Below the pieces are notes generated by a model. The model was given only the letters and a program-made list of their open reading frames with translations, was not told the origin of the DNA and did no database searches. DNA of 64,000 bases from Eledone cirrhosa (Eukaryota): positions 164,963 to 228,962 of the forward strand of contig CAXHJY010000462.1 in NCBI GenBank assembly GCA_964016885.1. Reading direction: 5' to 3'. Below are positions 14,250 to 28,771 of the stretch, one piece after another. The position numbers were made by a program, and so were the translations under genes. The stretch's first letter is position 1. Every line of letters begins with the position of its first letter.

Positions 14250-15400
14250 TAAAAATAGCATGAGAGAAGTAAAAAGTTTCATTCTATCTTGAAGGAGATC
14301 AAAAAATATGCTACTGATCTCATGATTGATACCCAGGCTGGACTGACTAAAGAAACTGTTGCGACTGATGCTACTAGGCACATAAAATCACTGGCAAAAG
14401 CAAAAGGGCAAGGACAATTAGCATCAATTTGGGAGCAGAAACCTCTGCATGGCAAATATGTGGCCCGTAGCAAACAAGCTGATGTTGACCAAAAGCACAG
14501 CCATCAATGGCTACGTAGTTCAGGGCTAAAGGCGGAGAGTGAAGGCTTCATCTTAGCTGCCCAAGATCAAAGCTTATTGACTCGTAGTTACCAGGCCAAT
14601 GTGATGAGAAACAGAATAAACCCAAAGTTCCGATTCTGCAATGCTGAGGTTGAAACGGTGGATCACTTAGTCTTTGGATGTAAAGTTTTAGCACCAGTAG
14701 AATACAAATATAGACATGAGAGTGTTGGCCAATATCTACACTGGGTAATAAGTCGGCATTACAAAATCAAAGCTGAAGACAAGTGGTACAATCATCACCC
14801 TGAGACTGTGACTGAAGGAGAAAAAGTAACAATTCTCTGGGACTTTCCTGTACATACTGACAGGACCATAAAAGCAAATAGACCTGACATCATTGTAAAA
14901 GATCAACATAAAAAGGTCTGTTTATTGATAGATATGAGCATCCCATGTGATCACAATATCGCGGCAAAAGAATTTGACAAGCTACGAAAATATAAAGATC
15001 TGCTTATTGAAATTGAGAAAATGTGGCACCTCAAGGCCCTTACAATACCAGTGATTGTGGGAGGACTGGGAATGATCAAGAAAGCAACAGAACAAGATTT
15101 GCGAATGATTCCTGGTTTACCCTCTTTGCACGAGATGCAAAAAATTGTTTTGACTGGTACTGCGCACGTATTGAGTAGAGCACTATCTCTGTAAGATTGA
15201 TATCCCTCCTTGTATTTACATATGAATATGCACATGTGTATATATGTATACTGTTTTTTTTGTTTTTGTTTTTTAATTATATTCAATGTGCTGTATTAAC
15301 TGGCTTACCAATGCACACTGTGAATTTATTTGCCCTAGGTGTCAGGAAGACACTCGTCATATATCGCAGAAACAATAATGAAAGAAAATAAAAACAATAA
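14250..15400 (+). mobile_element. 5'-truncated R4/Dong-like non-LTR retrotransposon; ORF 14289-15194 has a degenerate CCHC and a restriction-like endonuclease
   Basis: KPLHGKY, AAQDQSL.TR, (C)RFC..ETVDHLV.GC, KWY.H.PE, ILWDF...RPDI...IDMSIP...K..KY.DL and PVIVGGLG are typical RLE-clade C-terminal motifs. Confidence 0.85.
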
Positions 15401-15469
15401 TAACACATGACGGCTTTATGTCTAGGTATTTTCTTTTTAGATATATGGCGGTGATCTGGAGAGTAAGTG

Positions 15470-15585
15470 ATTTTCTCGGAAAATCTTAGGGCTTAGTTAT
15501 AATGGGGTCTGTCTCGTCACAGAATGCTTTGCTAGAATAGAGTTTGGATACCTTCTTACTGATGCTATTAATGAGATTAAGAAAA
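15470..15585 (-). pseudogene. Probable Penelope-like RT thumb remnant
   Basis: Minus-strand translation LINSISKKVSKLYSSKAFCDET.P.YN.AL resembles PLE ..SI..R.S.LSS....F....P.Y..AL. Confidence 0.4.
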
Positions 15586-16157
15586 AACTATAGTGTGCAG
15601 CTAGAGTCCTTATAAATGTAAGTTTTTCACTGTGTTTGTATGTGCGTGTCCGTGGGTCTAAATTAACGTCTAGGATGTTAACATTTGTGAGGTTCGTAGA
15701 GATTGTAAATTTTAGTCGCAGGCTGGTTTAACGTCCTGAAACACTCTATGAAGGTTACGTTCAAACAATTTAATATAGTTGACTTTTACTCTTCGATATC
15801 CTGACTGGATTAACTGAATTTATTTTCTTTGAGTTTTCAACTTAACCCTTGAGCTCCATGTGTAGCACAAGTTGCCTACCGTGTTTTTTTTTCTCATTTC
15901 ACTTACCTTATTCAAAGGATTTGTATATCTATAGGTAAATGCGTGATTACCTACCTTTAGTTCTCTCCTCTACTTTCTAAACTCTCCGTGGCTGGAAGCC
16001 ATTTCTATTTATATGACAGACTGAATAAGTTGTGGGGAATAACCAAAGGAAACGTAAGTACCTATACATGTCACTGTTGTAACTAATTCTACTTAACATG
16101 TACTATGGCTTGAGTGTTCTTACTCTTGGATATTTATACGAAATTTGTACTACAGTA

Positions 16158-16219
<62 letters not shown>

Positions 16220-16744
16220 TGTATGTATGTTAGTTTTTGCGTATTGTAAACTGGAGTAGTTTATGTACATGGCATCAATCGATATAGTAAGGAAACGTCT
16301 ACACTGAAGTTTGACTTCCTAGAAAGTATAGCAAATTACCAGCAAATCGAATCGTGGAGGAGTAAATAGAATATTATTCTTTCAATTAAACAATGATGCT
16401 CTTGTCCTTCTTCGTCGTTTTCTATAATGATCAGAATGTTTAAGTGGTTGAGTACACATTCTAATCTCAGATCGACTTTTCGTAACACTGTATATAACAA
16501 GATTGTGCATTTGAATGACAGAAATCTTCCCTATGGGTTTCTGTTCAGATGCCGTCTACCTAATTTTCATTCACAAATCTTGTTACCGCCGGAGTCTTTG
16601 ATAAGAAACACTTGCTCAAATTGCTGTACAATTTCTCAAGATTGCACAGCAGATATTTTAACTGATCAGCCATGTCTACAGGGATTGATACAATGTTAGC
16701 TTAACTGTGTTTTCATTTTCATAGAATTTGATGTGATATCTTAA

Positions 16745-17085
16745 CACCTTTCTTGCTCGGATAACAAAGAAGACAACTTTATAGCAAAGGGCATTTAGCA
16801 CCAAACGTTTACCGCAGGAAATAACATTGGTAGGACCTACTTATAAATAGCAAAAAGCACTACGATTTAAAGTCTTCACTCTTATATTGAAAATGTTAAC
16901 AACGCTTCATTCACTAATGAAGACACTATAAATATTTGAATTAACACACCAAAAGAAAATATATTAAGAACATATTGATCAAATATATAAAACTACAATA
17001 TAGCTACAACACATTCAAAAATAGTTTTACTCTAATATCGAAAATTTTCGCAACATGCTGACCATCAGCAACGAACCTAAAAAAT
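16745..17085 (+). pseudogene. Highly degraded Penelope-like RT-EN linker remnant
   Basis: NNIGRTYL*IAK/KHY resembles PLE TNIG..FL.L..KHF. The rest is very decayed. Confidence 0.35.
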
Positions 17086-17876
17086 ATATTGTGGTTGCGA
17101 AACCCATTTAGCCTTGATGTCATTGTCAGGGAGATTCAACAACACAGCCTATAACCAGATTGGCCTTTTCAATTACAGTTATAATCACTTCAACCCTCCT
17201 CAAGGCAACCTTCTGTCTAACCAATTTTTCTCATATCGAGGCTATGGCAGGGAGCAATTGCCCAAGATACCAAACAGTGAGATGTAACTTGAGACATAAG
17301 AATTGTGAAAAAAACATTGTTACCAATCAGCCATGCGGCCTCCATACTGACAGGTATATACACAATAAGACAGACACATAAATATACACTTGAATGCACT
17401 AATCACTGATACTTGTCAGTTGTAACATATACTTTATCTTTCACGAATCTTAATAATGATTTCGTATATTGGAACAAACTTTAGGAGGTTATTTTTTTAA
17501 ATGTTAGAATTCTATTTATGAGCATTAGTTAATGTTGATCACGGACGAATGTATCGGATCGATGATTTTGCCGATTCATCCCACATAATGTAAACTTATG
17601 TAACTCAGTATCATTTGTGTCCATGAATATTGTTGGCTCCATCACGTAACCTATATTTTACAACATCCCATCTTCAAATTGTTCTATTGGTTTCAATCGT
17701 CTGACAACGCAATTGCCAGGGGTAGAGTGCCATGTGACGCCGTGTCTTGTAGTATTTCATATCGATGTTATCAAAGCCCGACTTGGTGCTTTATACTCGT
17801 GCTTATATAATTCATCTTGCAAGAAATGTATTAGGTACGAAATTAAATGCAAACAAACGTACAAAGCACACGCACA

Positions 17877-17914
<38 letters not shown>

Positions 17915-17961
17915 CGTACACACACATACACATAAACACAGATACACACACTATATGTGTG

Positions 17962-18001
<40 letters not shown>

Positions 18002-18229
18002 TATATTATTGTCCACCGACATTCGCATTGGACGCCTACCTCTGGCTAGTTTTACGCTCTCGACTTCTTCATGGACACATGCCACCAAACCTTAAACCAC
18101 TTTCCGCAAGCTATGGCGTCGCAACGACTTTGTCGTTAAATTAGCCGACAAATGTGACGCGCAGCTTCAAAGGGGCTGAATTCCTCCGCCATCTTCACAA
18201 CCCCCTTGTTATCACTTTTTAGATTTACG

Positions 18230-18720
18230 TCCCCTCCCTATTGTAGCACTTCCACTCTTTTCCGCCTTACTGAGCTCATTCGCACCCTCAACGGTTTTTC
18301 TTTTCCTTTCCTTCTTTTGCCCTGTCTTTTCACCCCACCCTCACCTTAACCATCTCCGTCTCCGATTCTTCCGTTCAATTTCTGGACAACTCCCTCTCCA
18401 TTAAGCACTTTCACTAATCTCTCACATCTGCTTTCTATAAACACACTGACACACACTGCTACCTCAACTTCACACCAAACATCCTCTCCACCCACACAAA
18501 AGTCTCCATACCCTACTCACAATTCCTCTATCTTCGTCGGCTCTGTGGCCAGGACCGCGATTGCGAGAACGAATCCCAACACATGGCCTATCGCTTAATC
18601 CAGCGTGGATTCCCTCAACCTGATCCAAGATGTCTTCACCCGCGCCCGTGAAACCAACTGTATTACAGCTCTCACCCAACGAGCCCCCGAACCCCACATA
18701 CACCTTCCTCCTCCCTTCTC
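18230..18720 (+). pseudogene. Penelope-like reverse transcriptase C-terminal/thumb remnant
   Basis: Manual translation SVQFLDNSLSI..FYKHTDTHCYLNF..HP..TKVSIPYSQFLYLRRLC...QRGFP..LIQDVFTRAR is the diagnostic PLE FLD / YxKPTD / HP / IPYSQ.LR.RRIC / RGYP series. Confidence 0.8.
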
Positions 18721-19639
18721 TTACCACCCACCACTCAGCCTCTCCAGCAGCATATCCTCCTCTCTTTCCGAACCTTCTATTCTGACCTCCTCACTTCTTG
18801 CTTCATTGAACTTCATGCTCTTCTGTGTGTTTGAAACGAAAGAGTCACATCATCAATGTTTCCTATATTCTTCTCAATATGCTGTCTACTCCACACGTAG
18901 ATGGAAGTTTGAAATCAAAACGTACAGACCTGTAACATATACCACAAGGCCTCCCGTCAGATCCTTTAACAATTCTCTCATTTACCTACTACTAGACTTG
19001 TGTTTATTGACCACGAAAATACGAAAGATAAATTTGACCTGTATATTATTTGAACACATTGCACATACATTTTGAAGAAATTGTGTAATCCGATTATTCT
19101 GCTGATTCCCCTCTTCTCCACTATAAATCTCTGCGACAAACTTTCGTCTATTGTATATTGAAGAAGAACCAATATTGGTTTGTGGGGGGAAGAATGCAAT
19201 CGTATATTTCATGATAGAGAGATGAAATAAGTTTGTCTCAAGTTGCTGGTATTGAAAACGTTTGCTAAATGAATTCGTAGTAATATCCATACCCAAGATT
19301 GAAATTCTAGTCTCCAGTAAGCCGAGCCAATCAGTTAATATCTTATTAACTTCTAAAAAAAGATATGGATATATTAAAATCACGGAAAGAAAAATCAGAC
19401 CAGGGTCTCATCTTATGAATATCGGTCGATTCGTAAAGTTTTTGTCATTCACACACACATATATATATATAGATTTTTTTACATTTTTAACGAGTATCTC
19501 TTTGTAATATAAATATATATAATGTATCTAATGTATACAATGGTAATAAGAAAGATAAGAAAGATAAGAAATATAAATGTCGAGTCTAACATAAAAAGAA
19601 TAAGAATAATATTGTTGAAAGGGAACGTCGATTAAATCC

Positions 19640-19960
19640 ACCTAGTACATTACTGGTACATTATTCTATTCTATCCGGAAGGATGAAAGGGAATGCTGAA
19701 CTCCTCAGGATTTCAACCAAGAGCTCAAAAATCCGACTAAGAAAGGTATCTGATTTAGGCACAATGTCAACAATGGAGAAGGAAAATGTTTATTAAATTA
19801 AACCTAGTGCGTTACTAGTACTTTATTCTATCGACCCAAGAGGGATAAAAGGCAAAGCTAATTTCGACGGGATTTGAAGTCAGAACGTAAAGAATTCAAC
19901 TAAATAATCAAAATCATTTCATTCAACATTTAAAAGTTTCTACCAATTCACAGCCATTAT
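19640..19960 (-). mobile_element. Two degenerate main-family SINE copies
   Basis: ctagtacattactggtac..tatt...ggatgaaagg and gttactagtactttattctatcgaccc...ggcaaag..gggatttgaa. Confidence 0.6.
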
Positions 19961-20053
19961 ATCATGATTAAAAAAAACTAGTGACCCAAGGGCCAAGGGC
20001 CAATCGCCTCGTGTTTAACGGCAGTTGGATATGTAGTATAGTTTCACAGCTAC

Positions 20054-20172
<119 letters not shown>

Positions 20173-20207
20173 GCGCACACACACACACGCACACACACAC
20201 ACACACG

Positions 20208-20239
<32 letters not shown>

Positions 20240-20265
20240 ACCCGTAGAGTAAATATGTATTATTT

Positions 20266-20490
20266 GAACAGATGAAAGTTTAAGCAAAGAATCGCTGCTT
20301 TCACCCACCCTTTACGGGATCTTCCTTCTGAAACTGAGAAAAACCCAATCTGTAGATGCAGAAGTAAATATTTCAAACAACGTTACAACTGAAGGAAAAC
20401 AGGAAGACGATACGCTAGTTCGTGAAGACATTCTCTGGCGATCGACGGAAAATATGCGAGGATAATTACGTCAATATATGGAGCGAAAAG
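20266..20490. mobile_element. Unclassified short dispersed repeat (also 39990-40075 in the same orientation and 44580-44790 inverted)
   Basis: Shared aagtttaagcaaagaatcgctgctttcaccc..acgggatcttc..gaaact core. Copies adjoin TA-rich tracts. Confidence 0.75.
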
Positions 20491-21409
20491 AGCAATTTCT
20501 ATGAAAAAATAAAATCACATTTGTATTATCAAATGTTAGAATATTTGTCTAATGGTTTTTTTCCATAGAACAAATGAAAGGCAAAATTAACCTCTGCGGA
20601 GTAACTTTGCCTTTCATCCTTATGGGGTAGATAAAATAAAGCAGCTGTAATGCAATGGGGTAATTGCTGGCCTTGTGCCAAAAGTAGAAACAATAATTCT
20701 AGCTAAGATATCCTATCTACGCCGGTTTTGAAATCAGAAGGACCATTCTAGAGAGACGGCAAACTAAGATTAATTAATCATCCCTTCTTTGAACAATGAT
20801 GCGCGGGAACTCAGAAATACACCTGATTGGTGCCAGAGCGAGCAACAAGTTTATTTTGAGTGAAAGAACAACATTTTTCTACGAAAGGGGAAATTTTGAA
20901 GTCAAACCTGGGGTTTACATTATTACGGGTCATCTTACTTTGGCATTTCATCACATAATTATTTACTGAGTATTACAGAGCGGCACTCAGGTTATACAAG
21001 GGTGTGTCACTATAATCCATCTGTCACTCTATCTCTCCAGCCAATGGAGGCTAGGACTATGATTTCATGGCACCGTATAGAAAATTAGTTTATTGTTGCA
21101 GCTATTGGGGTGTCACGCCAAATTGTGCCCACGAAATACCACCACTCCTCTAGTTTCGAAACCTCGGGACATGGAGCATATTCATGAGCAGTCACCGCCT
21201 CATGTCATCTGTGCTGATGTGTCAATGCCTGTGCGATCAGGTATTAGTATTACATTTTGTTGCAGAATTGAAAAAAGTCTTCAGTGCACATTGGAGTGTT
21301 TAAACTTACAAGAATGACTGAGGTATGGTTGAGACGGCTACCATCTGACAAAATTAAGCAATCATTATTATGTATATATGTATTTATGTATGCATGCAAG
21401 CATATATGA

Positions 21410-21492
21410 ATGTATGTATGTATGTATGTATGTATGTATGTATGTATGTATGTATGTATGTATGTATGTATGTATGTATGTATGTATGTATG
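21410..21492. repeat. (TATG)n microsatellite
   Basis: Direct inspection. Confidence 0.9.
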
Positions 21493-22530
21493 CCCGGGAG
21501 AGATGACCCCTTAGCCTTTGTTAGGACAGAATTCTAGGAGAAGGAAAACTCTGATATAACACCTGCAACTCTGATGGTATCCAATGATGTTGACTTGTTC
21601 TTCTTTTTGGTAAATATCATCTTGGTTAAGAGAGTGGGACTGGCTTTGTGCAGTGCCTTTGCTCACTATAAAAGCTTCACGGCACAGGCATTGCTTTATA
21701 TCTGGAGATCTCTCTGCACTTGTCGTCACATGGTACCATGGGCCCAGCACTATGTGTCAATAATTGTCACAGGTGTAGTGTTTGTACCAGAGTTTTCAAG
21801 TCGCTGGCTGGATTAAAAAGTTACACTCGTTCAGCGCATCGGTAGGGTGCTCCTACATGGATATCAAGTAGTGGCCGTACTCGAAAACGAGTTGGCAGCC
21901 ACCATGTATGTATGTATGCAGGTATGTATGTTTGTATGGATGGATGGATGGGTTGGTGATTACTCACAAACGATTTCACAAGGTCAGACAAATCTTAGCC
22001 CAGTAAGTTCACAACATTACATAGATAGCGTCACATGATGTTCATATGGGTAGGTCACACCATCTATTGGTGGAGAATACTAGAAATGTCTCATGAACGT
22101 ATCAGTGTATGGAAAAAATGTGATCGCTTTACTAGCAATAAATATAAAATAATCATGGGTTTAAAATCATCGAAATAATAAATCAAATCCAAAATATTTT
22201 CAGAAAATGCTTACATTTAAAAATACCCTCTTCATTAATACACCAACAGAAATCCTGCAGCTCTAAACGTGCAAAGCCAGCTAAGAAATAACCTACAAGC
22301 TCAACATCGTTTATAACATATGAAGGAGAAAGAGGGGGAAGCAGACAGACTGTCAGTGTGAAAGGTAGACTGATAGACAGAAGGAGTACATACAGGAATA
22401 GCAAATACATGATTCTAAAAACCTTCGCTAAGTACAAACCACTACATTCCTACGGACAACAGACGCTGCACACCAGGTTCGAAAAGGGAAGAGCTAAACT
22501 CCCACTGTCATCGGCTCCATCTCGCTCGCC

Positions 22531-22845
22531 CTACCAATATCTCTGTATATGAGTAGATGGGGTCTCACCTGCTGGCCGTCCCACGGCCCCGGCGGACAGA
22601 ATGAAGAAGGCGTTTCCGCGGAGGATGGTAAGAGATATGCGCGGGAAGAGCCATTCCATCTCGAGAGGCTCACACCTGCGGCTAGCCACCTCAGCGCCAA
22701 CGGTGGTTAGTAGGGAGGTAGCTCTAGGGCCAAGGACACCAGAAGTCTCCATTGCTAGGGGCACGACCGCAAACCTTTCGGAGACCGACCTATACTTGGA
22801 GAGTTTGTCCTGCTCAGCCCGAAGTGCAGCAGAATACTGCATATT
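22531..22845 (-). mobile_element. 3' fragment of a CRE-clade-like non-LTR retrotransposon (RLE C-terminus)
   Basis: E..K..KY.....F.VVPLAMETSG.LGP.A..LL...G...L.PRIS..I.RGNA is characteristic of CRE-like ORF ends. Confidence 0.7.
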
Positions 22846-23473
22846 ACTACAATAATGGTACCCATAACTTCATCAGGCACATCTATCATCCACTTTATAA
22901 TTACGCCTCCATACTCAAGACGGGTTTAACATACATCATTTCTGAAAGCTCAAATGTACTTATATACTTTCGTGTTATCTAGATAGGGTCACATCTTGTA
23001 ACTCTAGGGATTATAACTTTTCCAAGCTTTCCCCGGTTAGTTTCAAAGCAAAAATAATTTTAATTCCGAAATATTTGTAGGCTAATTTACATTTTTCTCA
23101 TTTTCTCTCGTCATTTGTCTCGTTATATTTGTCACATGATCTAACAGATGATATGACAAAAGAAACAAAAAAAAATACAAAAAAAACATAGCTTGCACAA
23201 TGTTGATGACATACTTATTTGCAACGAATTATCGCGTAAACCAATCTTAATTAATAAGTCCTGCTCCTATATAGACCACATTTTCACCGTGTTCATGTAT
23301 CATTAAAATCACACATAAACACGCACAAACACACAACTATATATTTACTCACACACACACATACATAAATGTATATATATATATATATATATATATAAAT
23401 ACACATATATATATATATATATAAATACACATATAGATACGTATACATACATATATAAACGTATATATACAAT

Positions 23474-23556
<83 letters not shown>

Positions 23557-23819
23557 TATGTGTGTGTATTGTATATATACGTTTATATATGTATGTATAC
23601 GTATCTATATGTGCATTTATATATATATATATAAATATTATATCTGCGTGTATTATTAAATTTACGATATCATGTCTCTCTCTTTCTCTTTCTCTGTCTC
23701 TTCTAACCCTCTCTTTCATTCTCTCTCTCAATATATATATATATGTACATGTATATATATATATATATGCGTTTATATGTGTGTGTATATATATATATAT
23801 ATATACACACACATATAAA

Positions 23820-23900
<81 letters not shown>

Positions 23901-24017
23901 ATATTGAGAGAGAGAATGAAAGAGAAGGGGAGAAGAGACAGAGAGAGAGAAAGAGAGAGACATGATATCGTAAATTTAATAATACACGCATACATATATA
24001 TATTTTATATATGTGCA

Positions 24018-24198
<181 letters not shown>

Positions 24199-24651
24199 TT
24201 TACGTGCAAGTGTACTAAATGATGGCTAAGTGTTATCGGAATATATAATTATATGTCTAGACGTATTTTTAGATGTTTCCTTATGAATGTGTAAATAATG
24301 TTTGATTCACTTGAATGCGTGGCTGTATGTGTAGGTTTGTTTGTTTCAACGTTTCCGTGCGTGTGCACGCACGCGTGTGTGTGCGTGAGAGTGTATTTGT
24401 GTGTGTGCGTGAGAGTGTATATTTATATGGTTGTAAGAGTTAGTCCACCTATGCAGATTGATATATTGTGTCAAATTATCAAATACCGGAGAATTTCTAG
24501 CCGACTATTGCATTCTGATATCGCTAAGCTCATATATACACAGAGGGACATACATACAAGAGTGCGCGTACAAGCACACACACACACACGTATATATTTT
24601 TTCGTATAATCATCATCATCGTCAACATTTTCATAAGTATTACACTCACGA

Positions 24652-24820
<169 letters not shown>

Positions 24821-25175
24821 TATGTGAGTACGTCAGACATGTTTTTAGATTTTTACTCGTCATCAGTTATTTTACTCGGAACAGTCACGAAAATAAGCTA
24901 TAAATCATCGACATTTAAAATATAAAACATTTGGCTGGTGTTGCTCATTAGCATATAATGCGAGTTTGACTGGCTATTATTAATTAGAAGTACCACTAAC
25001 ATAGCGTGGTTCAGAATAAGGCTGTATAGGAAGGCAAATACGATTTGTCTATGAATAATAACAATACACGTTTCTTGCTATGAATATATTAACCTGTTAT
25101 GACACATGTATCTCACTCGGCTGCCATGTGTGTGGGAGTATGTGTGTGCGTGTGTACGTGTGTATGTGCATGTGC

Positions 25176-25240
<65 letters not shown>

Positions 25241-25396
25241 CGTGTGTGTGCGTGCGTGTGTGTCAGTGTTCGTGCTGCGTGTGGTGTTGCCTGTTTCTGT
25301 TTAGGTCATGCTGTATTCACTCACGTGGATAGCAACCATTATATATATATATATATATATATATACGAGTATATACAGTTTATATATATATATACA

Positions 25397-25458
<62 letters not shown>

Positions 25459-25499
25459 TATATATATATATATATACACATACATACATATATATATAT

Positions 25500-25900
25500 A
25501 ACACAGAAAGTGTGGTAAGGAACCAGGTTGACCATAACGCAACAGAGTACGCAATACTTAGGATAGTATAGTGGGTAATAGGAAAAGAGTCAGGACACCA
25601 ACAGTTGATCTCCTGCCGTTGCGACAGTTAGATCCAAACTAAACCAGTACTAGTAGGACGGCAGGTACATTGCTGAACTCATCAAGGGGTACAGTCTATA
25701 TATGGGCATGCAATCAAGACAGAGTAGATGTATCAAATCAAACGTGACAGACAAGAAAAACAACAACTTTTAGGGTTGTTTCATTTGATACAGCTACGCT
25801 GTCTTGATTGCATGCCCATATATGAACTGTACCCCTTGATAAGTTCAGCTAGCTGTCGTCGGCCGTAGCACAGCCGTCGATGTCCTGACTGTTTTCCTAT
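25500..25900. mobile_element. TA-flanked non-coding element (family E) with an internal inverted duplication and a degenerate HHR
   Basis: Arms 25672-25738 and 25783-25849 are reverse complements. 25500-25625 is homologous (inverted) to 49032-49152. Confidence 0.65.
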
Positions 25901-26055
25901 ATATATACTTGACTCCCATTGTCTGTATGTACCATGCACGCGTTAGGTTCCTATACGGTAACATTAAGTGCAGAAAAAGTGCATTTCCGATGGTGCCTGC
26001 AAGCCATGATGATCTCGGATTTTAGGTGAACCAAACTATGCTTTAATTTTACACT

Positions 26056-26090
<35 letters not shown>

Positions 26091-26159
26091 CATATATATA
26101 TATATAGTTTTAATATAGATGAGATTCTACAGGACTAGAACTGTTTCATTCTTTAGAAA

Positions 26160-26265
26160 TCATCAGCCTCTTCGCGGATGACCACAATAGAGTATTTACC
26201 CAACATTTCAACAGCATGTAGTAACTGACCAAATATATCGTCAACCATACACAATTAGGTATAAA

Positions 26266-26268
<3 letters not shown>
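26160..26268 (-). mobile_element. Fragment of HHR family B
   Basis: Aligns with 27262-27367. Confidence 0.75.
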
Positions 26269-26354
<86 letters not shown>

Positions 26355-27117
26355 AAAGAATAGAGGTGTAACACACAAGTTATTATATATTGGTAAACGG
26401 AATAGAAAATGCTGACAAATTGTTCACAGTTATCCGTTTTTGTTGGCATTTTCTGTATCTCTTGTGAGGATATGATAGTTAAAAGAATAGAGGTGTAAAT
26501 ACAAATACAGAATAGAGGTGTAAATACAGATACAGAAAATGCCAACAAAAACGGATAACTGTGAACAATTTGGATAAAGAAGAGAAAAGAAGTCCAACAC
26601 GTATTGCACATTATTCCTTCATCGTGACAGAACAAGTAAATAGATTACTAATCACGTGCAATGGGGCGGCCCTGCGTTTTTCTGAACACCTGAACCAACT
26701 TTTGGGTCCACTCTGCATGCATAAATTATTACTTAGTAAGCATACATACTTAGGAACTTTATTATGCTAGAACATAACATCTTACACAACGTAATACGCA
26801 CGCGTGAAGACACACACACACATATACAATCACAACATATGGGCACATATCCAACTTGTTCATACATCCTTGCTTTCGGAAAATTTCTTTTTGTCGTCGG
26901 TTATCTCATCGCTGCCGACAATCTACCAACCCTCCGGCGGATTCTGTTTGAAACAGCCTGAATTTTACTACACCTTTCGTATCTCCAACTGATCCATCTA
27001 TATTATCTAAAATAAAAATGTATTATGTTTTCATTCTAACACATTATTATGTTTGTATGATGTCCTTTACACATAATGGTGTCTGTGTGTGTGTATATAT
27101 AAATATATATATATATA

Positions 27118-27744
27118 TCATAAATCATGTCCCTAGAATTATTAGATGAAATATATACTATTTCCTCTCCCAATTAGCATAATTAACCATATAAAAAATC
27201 AATTTGACCAGGCTATAAGAATAATGGCTCCTATGAAGAAATATTTGATAAATAACCGAAAGCAGCCTCTTCGCGGTTGACCACAATAGAGTATTTACCC
27301 AACATTTCAACAGCATGTAGAAACTGACCAAATATACCGTCAACCATACACAATTAGGTATAAAATTAAAATTAGAAGAAATGCGTACATACCGTAATTA
27401 TATCCCTACCATGGTTTCGTTCGTATTTTGAGATATCCTATTAAGGATAAATCTCGAGTATCGAACTCATCAGGAGACAAACTCAATAGGACAGTTAATT
27501 TTTCCAAAGCGATCCCGCCAGAAGTAGATTTTAAAAATGGCTAAGAATCGTGACGTGGCAGTGGTCAAGTTAGAAAGAATGTGATTAGTTGCTTACGGCG
27601 AGTAGGCTGGTTGCTAGAAAGCGCAGCCCAATATCGCCCAAATTGCATCTCAACCCAACGGGAGATTATTAAATATAAAGATTTACATATACATAAAGTC
27701 ACAGATATATATGTGGCAACCGTTCACAATGTGGCTCAATGAAG

Positions 27745-27750
<6 letters not shown>
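27118..27750 (-). mobile_element. HHR-bearing non-coding element, family B (about 630 bp, in (TA)n)
   Basis: Homologous to 38690-39320. No ORF, flanked by TA tracts, contains a canonical HHR. Confidence 0.8.
27401..27479 (-). ncRNA. Type I hammerhead ribozyme with a canonical core
   Basis: Minus strand: tgtctc-CTGATGA-gttcg...cgaac-GAAA-ccatgg-T-A-gggata. Stem I 6 bp, extended stem II, palindromic ACCAUGGU stem III, GUA site. Confidence 0.85.
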
Positions 27751-27804
<54 letters not shown>

Positions 27805-28325
27805 GACGAGATGAGCATGGTTTTCACTGCTAGTACCGGTTGCACCTCAGCGTACTCAATAGGTAATATTAAGTAAACTCCCAGATTAGACACGTAGTTA
27901 TTCGCTTTAACACAAGATACGTAAATGGGTGCCTTCAATCTATAACCGTACTCGAGTTTCGGCAACAATCTGTCTGCATTTATGCAATACTGCACAATCG
28001 GTGCATGTGGGGTTATCACCGGGTTTCGCCTAATCAATAACCAATCGATCGACTGGATTCGATTCCTGTCTGTGACGGCTATGAGTAAATGTGACGGCCA
28101 ATACAGTAAAACATTAGCAACTGACATCCCTACGAGTTACCACAATGCAGTAAGTCGACTGGCCTTTGATTCGGAAATTTACGTGACGACAGGTGACGAA
28201 ATTCAAAATACTTCCGTCCCCGCCATAAGCTCTCAGCCAACGGATCTCAAACGCAAATGAACAAGAGAGAACGTTTTGGATTATGTTATTCACTAGCCTT
28301 CCATCTTCGATATATCTCTATCTAT

Positions 28326-28451
28326 CTAGGGCGGGTGAAATTCACGAGATCCATAGACGAGTTCTCTCCAACGGTCTCTGTCCCTCACCATCGTTACCAT
28401 GTCCTGCGTCTCCAAGAGACCGGTGTCTGTCCTTAGGGCATCAACATATGT

Positions 28452-28454
<3 letters not shown>
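28326..28454 (-). mobile_element. 3' tip of an RTE-like LINE (same family as 46584-46922)
   Basis: LTYVDALRTDTGLLETQDMVTMVRDRDRWRELVYGSREFHPP*. Confidence 0.8.
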
Positions 28455-28487
<33 letters not shown>

Positions 28488-28726
28488 GTAAGTATGCATG
28501 TATACGTACATACATATATGTATACAGACGTACAGTAGCATGCACATATATATATATATATACATATATATATACATATGCATACAGGTACACATACATA
28601 TATGCACGTATCAGTTTAGCGGCGCTAACGTCGCTTTGTTCGTTTGTAAACAAACTGAACAGCCTGAATTTATGCCATACGGTGTTAAGGCAACCACGTC
28701 ACCTTTTTGTTCAACACTGACACAGG

Positions 28727-28771
28727 AACGATGTACTAGTTTCAAGCTTGTTAGCTATCATCAGAACCGTT
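28727..28771 (-). ncRNA. Type I hammerhead ribozyme (inverted monomer; core-proximal stem I mismatch)
   Basis: Minus strand aacggtt-CTGATGA-tagctaacaagctt-GAAA-ctag-T-A-catcgtt. Confidence 0.7.

Noticed and set aside
27800-28260. Non-repetitive ORFs (92 aa plus, 142 aa minus)
   Set aside because: No recognisable domain, splice structure or codon signal.
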